Assembly (NCBI GenBank): GCA_022711115.1
Contig: JAKLFP010000003.1
Span: 137,199 to 201,198, forward strand
DNA from: Candidatus Omnitrophota bacterium
Lineage (GTDB): Bacteria > Omnitrophota > Omnitrophia > Omnitrophales > Aquincolibacteriaceae
DNA length: 64,000 bases
Direction of reading: 5' to 3'
The position numbers were made by a program, and so were the translations under genes. Below the pieces are notes generated by a model, which saw only the letters and a list, made by a program, of their open reading frames with translations, was not told where the DNA came from and did no database searches. Shown in pieces: positions 61,083 through 64,000 of this stretch (position 1 is its first letter; each line of letters begins with the position of its first letter).

Positions 61083-61316
61083 CTATTTCAAAAGGATTTT
61101 TTTAATTTCGTCTTTGTTCAGCAATTTTCCCGAAGAAACCACGGCCCCGTCAACGACAAGCGCTGGTGTCATCATGACGCCGTAGTCAGTAATTTTGTCG
61201 ATGTCCGTAACCTTGCCGATCTCAGCCTGAATATTAAGTTCCTTAACTGCCGCCTCGGCATTAGCCGTAAGCTGTTTACATTTCGGACAACCCGTTCCAA
61301 GGATTTCTATTTTCAT
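61083..61316 (-). CDS. Small thioredoxin-family protein (redox-active disulfide protein 2 type, CPKC)
   Basis: 77 aa with a GTGCPKC active site near the N-terminus. This family is often paired with COG0701 permeases in ars loci. Confidence 0.8.
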   Translation of the reverse strand: MKIEILGTGCPKCKQLTANAEAAVKELNIQAEIGKVTDIDKITDYGVMMTPALVVDGAVVSSGKLLNKDEIKKILLK

Positions 61317-61332
61317 TTCATACCTCCTGTGT

Positions 61333-62115
61333 TTATTCTTTTGTAGCTGAAACCTTGATGCTGGCTACCGCGCCTTCCGCGCTTTTGAGATCCTCGAACA
61401 TCGCATCGACAGGATAACCCGCCTCACTGATCACTTTAACGTTCTGGAATCCCGCAGATGCTATATATCCTAAATATTCATTCTTTTTCACAGCTCCCGC
61501 AAGGCAGCCCACGTAGGCGTCCACCGATTCTTTCAGATCTTTCGGAAGATCCCGTGTCAGCACCAGATCGGAAACCATTAGCTTGCCCCCAGACCTTAGG
61601 ACTCGGAAAGCCTCCTTGAACACTTTCTCTTTTTCGGGAGAGAGATTAATCACACAGTTAGAAATAATAAGATCCACAGACCGGTCTTCGACGGGAAGCG
61701 CTTCAATTTCTCCCAAGCGGAATTCCACGTTCGCGTAATCGCCCGTCCTGGCGTTCTCTTTGGCCTTCGCGATCATTTCAGGCGTCATATCAACGCCAAT
61801 AACGCGGCCGGTTTTCCCGACCTTCTGCGCCGCAAGAAACGCATCGAACCCTGCCCCGGATCCTAGGTCAAGCACAACATCGCCCTCTTGGATCGCCGAA
61901 AAAGCTACGGGATTGCCGCACCCGAATCCAAGATTCGCGCCTTCGGGAACAGCATTCATGTCGGCATCACTATATCCGACCTTTTTGCTTATCACCTTTG
62001 GCTGGCTTACACTTCCGCAACAGGAACCCGACGAACAACACCCGGCATTCTTTTCAATAGCCTTTGCATAGCTCTTGCGAACCATTTTCTTTATTTTGTC
62101 AGTATTTTTTTCCAT
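61333..62115 (-). CDS. arsM: Arsenite S-adenosylmethionine methyltransferase
   Basis: Class I SAM-methyltransferase motif VLDLGSGAG. Cys-rich N-terminal CCSSGSCC and a downstream Cys are typical of ArsM. 260 aa. Confidence 0.8.
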   Translation of the reverse strand: MEKNTDKIKKMVRKSYAKAIEKNAGCCSSGSCCGSVSQPKVISKKVGYSDADMNAVPEGANLGFGCGNPVAFSAIQEGDVVLDLGSGAGFDAFLAAQKVGKTGRVIGVDMTPEMIAKAKENARTGDYANVEFRLGEIEALPVEDRSVDLIISNCVINLSPEKEKVFKEAFRVLRSGGKLMVSDLVLTRDLPKDLKESVDAYVGCLAGAVKKNEYLGYIASAGFQNVKVISEAGYPVDAMFEDLKSAEGAVASIKVSATKE

Positions 62116-62124
62116 AATTTCTCC

Positions 62125-63297
62125 TTAGGTAACAATAGCGCCGAAGATCATGCCACTGATCGTGGCCATGACCACGACAAGACTTACGTAGACCACTGTT
62201 TTCTTGGTCCCTATCACGCTGCGGATCACGAGCATGCTTGGAAGGCTAAGCGCAGGACCCGCAAGAAGAAGCGCCAGGGCAGGACCTTTCCCCATCCCGG
62301 AACCGATCAGTCCCTGCAGGATCGGCACTTCGGTTAAAGTGGCAAAATACATAAAAGCTGCAACAATGGACGAAAAGAAATTGGCAAAAAAAGAATTCCC
62401 GCCCACTAGTGCCGTAATATATTTAGAAGGGATGATCCCCTCATGACCTACGCTGCCAATCAAAAATCCGGAGATCAGAACTCCTCCCAATAAAAGAGGC
62501 AGGATCTGAAGCGCAAAGATCCATGAAGCAGAGATCCATTCTTTTAGTTCTTCTTTCCGGAACCATTTGATGATCATGACCGCGAGCGCGATGAGCGAAA
62601 TCCCGGAAATCCACCATTTGTATTGATAGATCAAAGCCCAGACTCCGTGATCTCCCTCAAGGGGCTTGCCCCAGTTCGCAAAAACGAGAAATGCGATCAT
62701 TGAAGCAAAATAAAGGATCGTTTTACCTAACGGCCGGGTTTCTTTCACTTCCCCCACATTGAAATTACCGTCTGCGTGGCGTGCTCGTTCCTCTTTTAGA
62801 AAAATAAAATGCATCAGGAGTCCGATCACAACACTGAAAACCACCGCTCCGATCGCTCGGGCAAGGCCAAGCTCCCAACCGAGGATGCGAGCAGTCAGAA
62901 TGATCGCGAGGACATTGATGGCAGGTCCCGAATAAAGAAAGGCAATTGCAGGCCCCAACCCTGATCCCCTTTTATAGATCCCCGAGAAAAGCGGCAGAAC
63001 GGTGCAAGAGCAAACGGCCAGGATCGTCCCAGAAATCGAAGCGACGCTGTATGAAAGGAATTTATTGGCTTTAGCTCCGAAATATTTCATGACCGATGCC
63101 TGGCTAACGAACACTGAAATAGCTCCCGCGATAAAGAATGCCGGGACAAGGCAAAGGATCACATGCTCGCGGGCATACCATTTGACCAAAGCGAGGGCTT
63201 CAAAAACGGCATTCGTAAAACGAAGGTTTTCGACCGGCAGATAAAAGCACGTGAGAAATCCCGCTAAGACATAAAGAACTTTTTTCCACTCATTCAT
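62125..63297 (-). CDS. arsP: Two-domain membrane permease (COG0701 / ArsP-like organoarsenical permease)
   Basis: 390 aa with about 10 TM helices. A Cys pair in a TM segment (AVCSCTVLP) resembles the ArsP TMCxC-type motif. It overlaps the upstream regulator gene by 4 bp. Confidence 0.7.
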   Translation of the reverse strand: MNEWKKVLYVLAGFLTCFYLPVENLRFTNAVFEALALVKWYAREHVILCLVPAFFIAGAISVFVSQASVMKYFGAKANKFLSYSVASISGTILAVCSCTVLPLFSGIYKRGSGLGPAIAFLYSGPAINVLAIILTARILGWELGLARAIGAVVFSVVIGLLMHFIFLKEERARHADGNFNVGEVKETRPLGKTILYFASMIAFLVFANWGKPLEGDHGVWALIYQYKWWISGISLIALAVMIIKWFRKEELKEWISASWIFALQILPLLLGGVLISGFLIGSVGHEGIIPSKYITALVGGNSFFANFFSSIVAAFMYFATLTEVPILQGLIGSGMGKGPALALLLAGPALSLPSMLVIRSVIGTKKTVVYVSLVVVMATISGMIFGAIVT

Positions 63298-63599
63298 CGT
63301 TTACTCCTCCAGGCGACCTGGCAACATCCTCCTTCGATTCTGATGCCGTGGTTATGTGTCAAGGCATTGGCGACTTTTTTGCGGGCGGCTTTCAGGATCC
63401 GCGACACTGTTGAGCGGTGGACTTTCATTTTTTTTGCCGCCGCGTCCTGCTCCAGATAAAGCAAGTCACAAAGCCTCAAGGCCTCAAGCTCATCGAGCGT
63501 CAATTGTGTGACCACAATCCTTTTACGGGACACGTGCACCGGCCGGAAGCACCGATCTCCCGGCTTGCATCCCACCCAACGCGTTTTTTTAGGCCTCAT
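63294..63599 (-). CDS. DUF134 (UPF0251) family putative DNA-binding regulator
   Basis: The N-terminus MRPKKTRWVGCKPGDRCFRP and the LTLDELEALRLCDL...VHRSTVSRILKAARKKVANAL block match the DUF134 HTH protein signature. It is the first gene of the ars operon. It is not an ArsR/SmtB. Confidence 0.65.
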   Translation of the reverse strand: MRPKKTRWVGCKPGDRCFRPVHVSRKRIVVTQLTLDELEALRLCDLLYLEQDAAAKKMKVHRSTVSRILKAARKKVANALTHNHGIRIEGGCCQVAWRSKR

Positions 63600-63612
63600 G
63601 ATTCTTCCTTAG

Positions 63613-63632
63613 TTATGCACATATGTGCATAA
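63613..63632. promoter_or_regulatory. Perfect 20-bp palindrome TTATGCACATATGTGCATAA, candidate operator
   Basis: Exact inverted repeat 14 bp upstream of the DUF134 start codon. It lies in the divergent promoter region shared with the ferritin-like gene. Confidence 0.5.
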
Positions 63633-63750
63633 TATCTTTTTAAGATCTAAAAGTCAAACACGATCTTCGATAAGCGTTCTGGTTTTATTTTTAAATTGGG
63701 TTTTAAAGTTTATGAGCTAGAATGATCCCAAAAACAAAGGAGATCTGTTT

Positions 63751-64000
63751 ATGGGAACCAAAGGAAGAGAAATAGTGGACGTCAATATCAAAGAGCTGCT
63801 TCAATTAATGAACAAGGCTTACGCGGATGAATGGCTGGCTTATTATCAGTACTGGGTCGGCTCCAAGGTCGCGGTCGGCAGAATGCGCGGGATTATCGCC
63901 GAAGAACTCGAAGAACACGCCAAAGAGGAGCTTCATCACGCGGACATGCTGGTGGAACGGATGATCCAGCTCGGCGGGACTCCCCTCCTGACTCCTGACG
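63751..64000 (+). CDS. Ferritin-like diiron protein (bacterioferritin/Dps-like), 5' partial at window edge
   Basis: AAGGAG ribosome-binding site. LNKAYADEWLAYYQYW...EELEEHAKEELHHADMLVERMIQLGG carries the ferritin-like ExxH metal ligands. The ORF runs off the window end. Confidence 0.7.
   Translation, partial: MGTKGREIVDVNIKELLQLMNKAYADEWLAYYQYWVGSKVAVGRMRGIIAEELEEHAKEELHHADMLVERMIQLGGTPLLTPD

Noticed and set aside
1-64000. CRISPR arrays, rRNA genes, transposases, phage genes
   Set aside because: I saw no regularly spaced direct repeats, rRNA-like sequence or recognisable transposase, integrase or phage structural genes anywhere in the window.

Overview
This 64-kb window is gene-dense bacterial chromosome, and about 90% of it is coded on the minus strand. 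Most of it is conserved housekeeping. In order along the window I find a Wzx-like flippase, a GH1 beta-glucosidase, uvrB, two tandem GGDEF diguanylate cyclase paralogs, nadC and valS, followed by an ankyrin-repeat membrane protein. Next come cimA/leuA-family, lysC, a phosphoglycerate-mutase-family gene (likely an alternative homoserine kinase), thrC and hom. After these lie a short accessory islet of small unknown genes downstream of msbA, then a Gfo/Idh/MocA oxidoreductase, lpxB and a type III glutamine synthetase. The type III glutamine synthetase is driven by a clear sigma-54 promoter with a palindromic enhancer, and a GAF-sigma54 activator sits next to it. An outer-membrane/lipid A cluster follows: lpxI, lpxA, an lpxC-fabZ fusion, skp and bamA. 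The window continues with dnaB-rplI-rpsR-ssb-rpsF, pth-rplY-prs-glmU and two orphan sugar-ABC permeases next to tRNA-Gln(UUG), then spoVG, ispE, hisG, an MgtC-family protein and tsaD. Further on is a gatC-gatA-CDGSH-gatB operon with a CDGSH protein embedded, followed by an alpha/beta hydrolase. The last part is a long arsenic-resistance/efflux operon, a 20-bp perfect palindrome at its promoter and a partial ferritin-like gene. That operon runs DUF134 regulator, ArsP-like permease, arsM, two thioredoxins, ccdA, arsC, acr3, a TolC-family protein and an RND pump with no membrane-fusion adaptor. I found no CRISPR array, no rRNA and no obvious transposase or integrase.

Four observations are most worth follow-up. 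The first is a family of about 95-105 bp palindromic intergenic repeats with conserved GTCATTGCGA...TCGCRATGAC termini, present in at least three copies, each immediately upstream of the ribosome-binding site of a downstream cistron. The second is an ATGA-overlapped pair of small uncharacterised genes downstream of msbA. The third is the unusual arsenic operon architecture. The fourth is the sigma-54 promoter and enhancer in front of glnN.

All calls rest on reading the sequence and on motif recognition only. No database searches were run.
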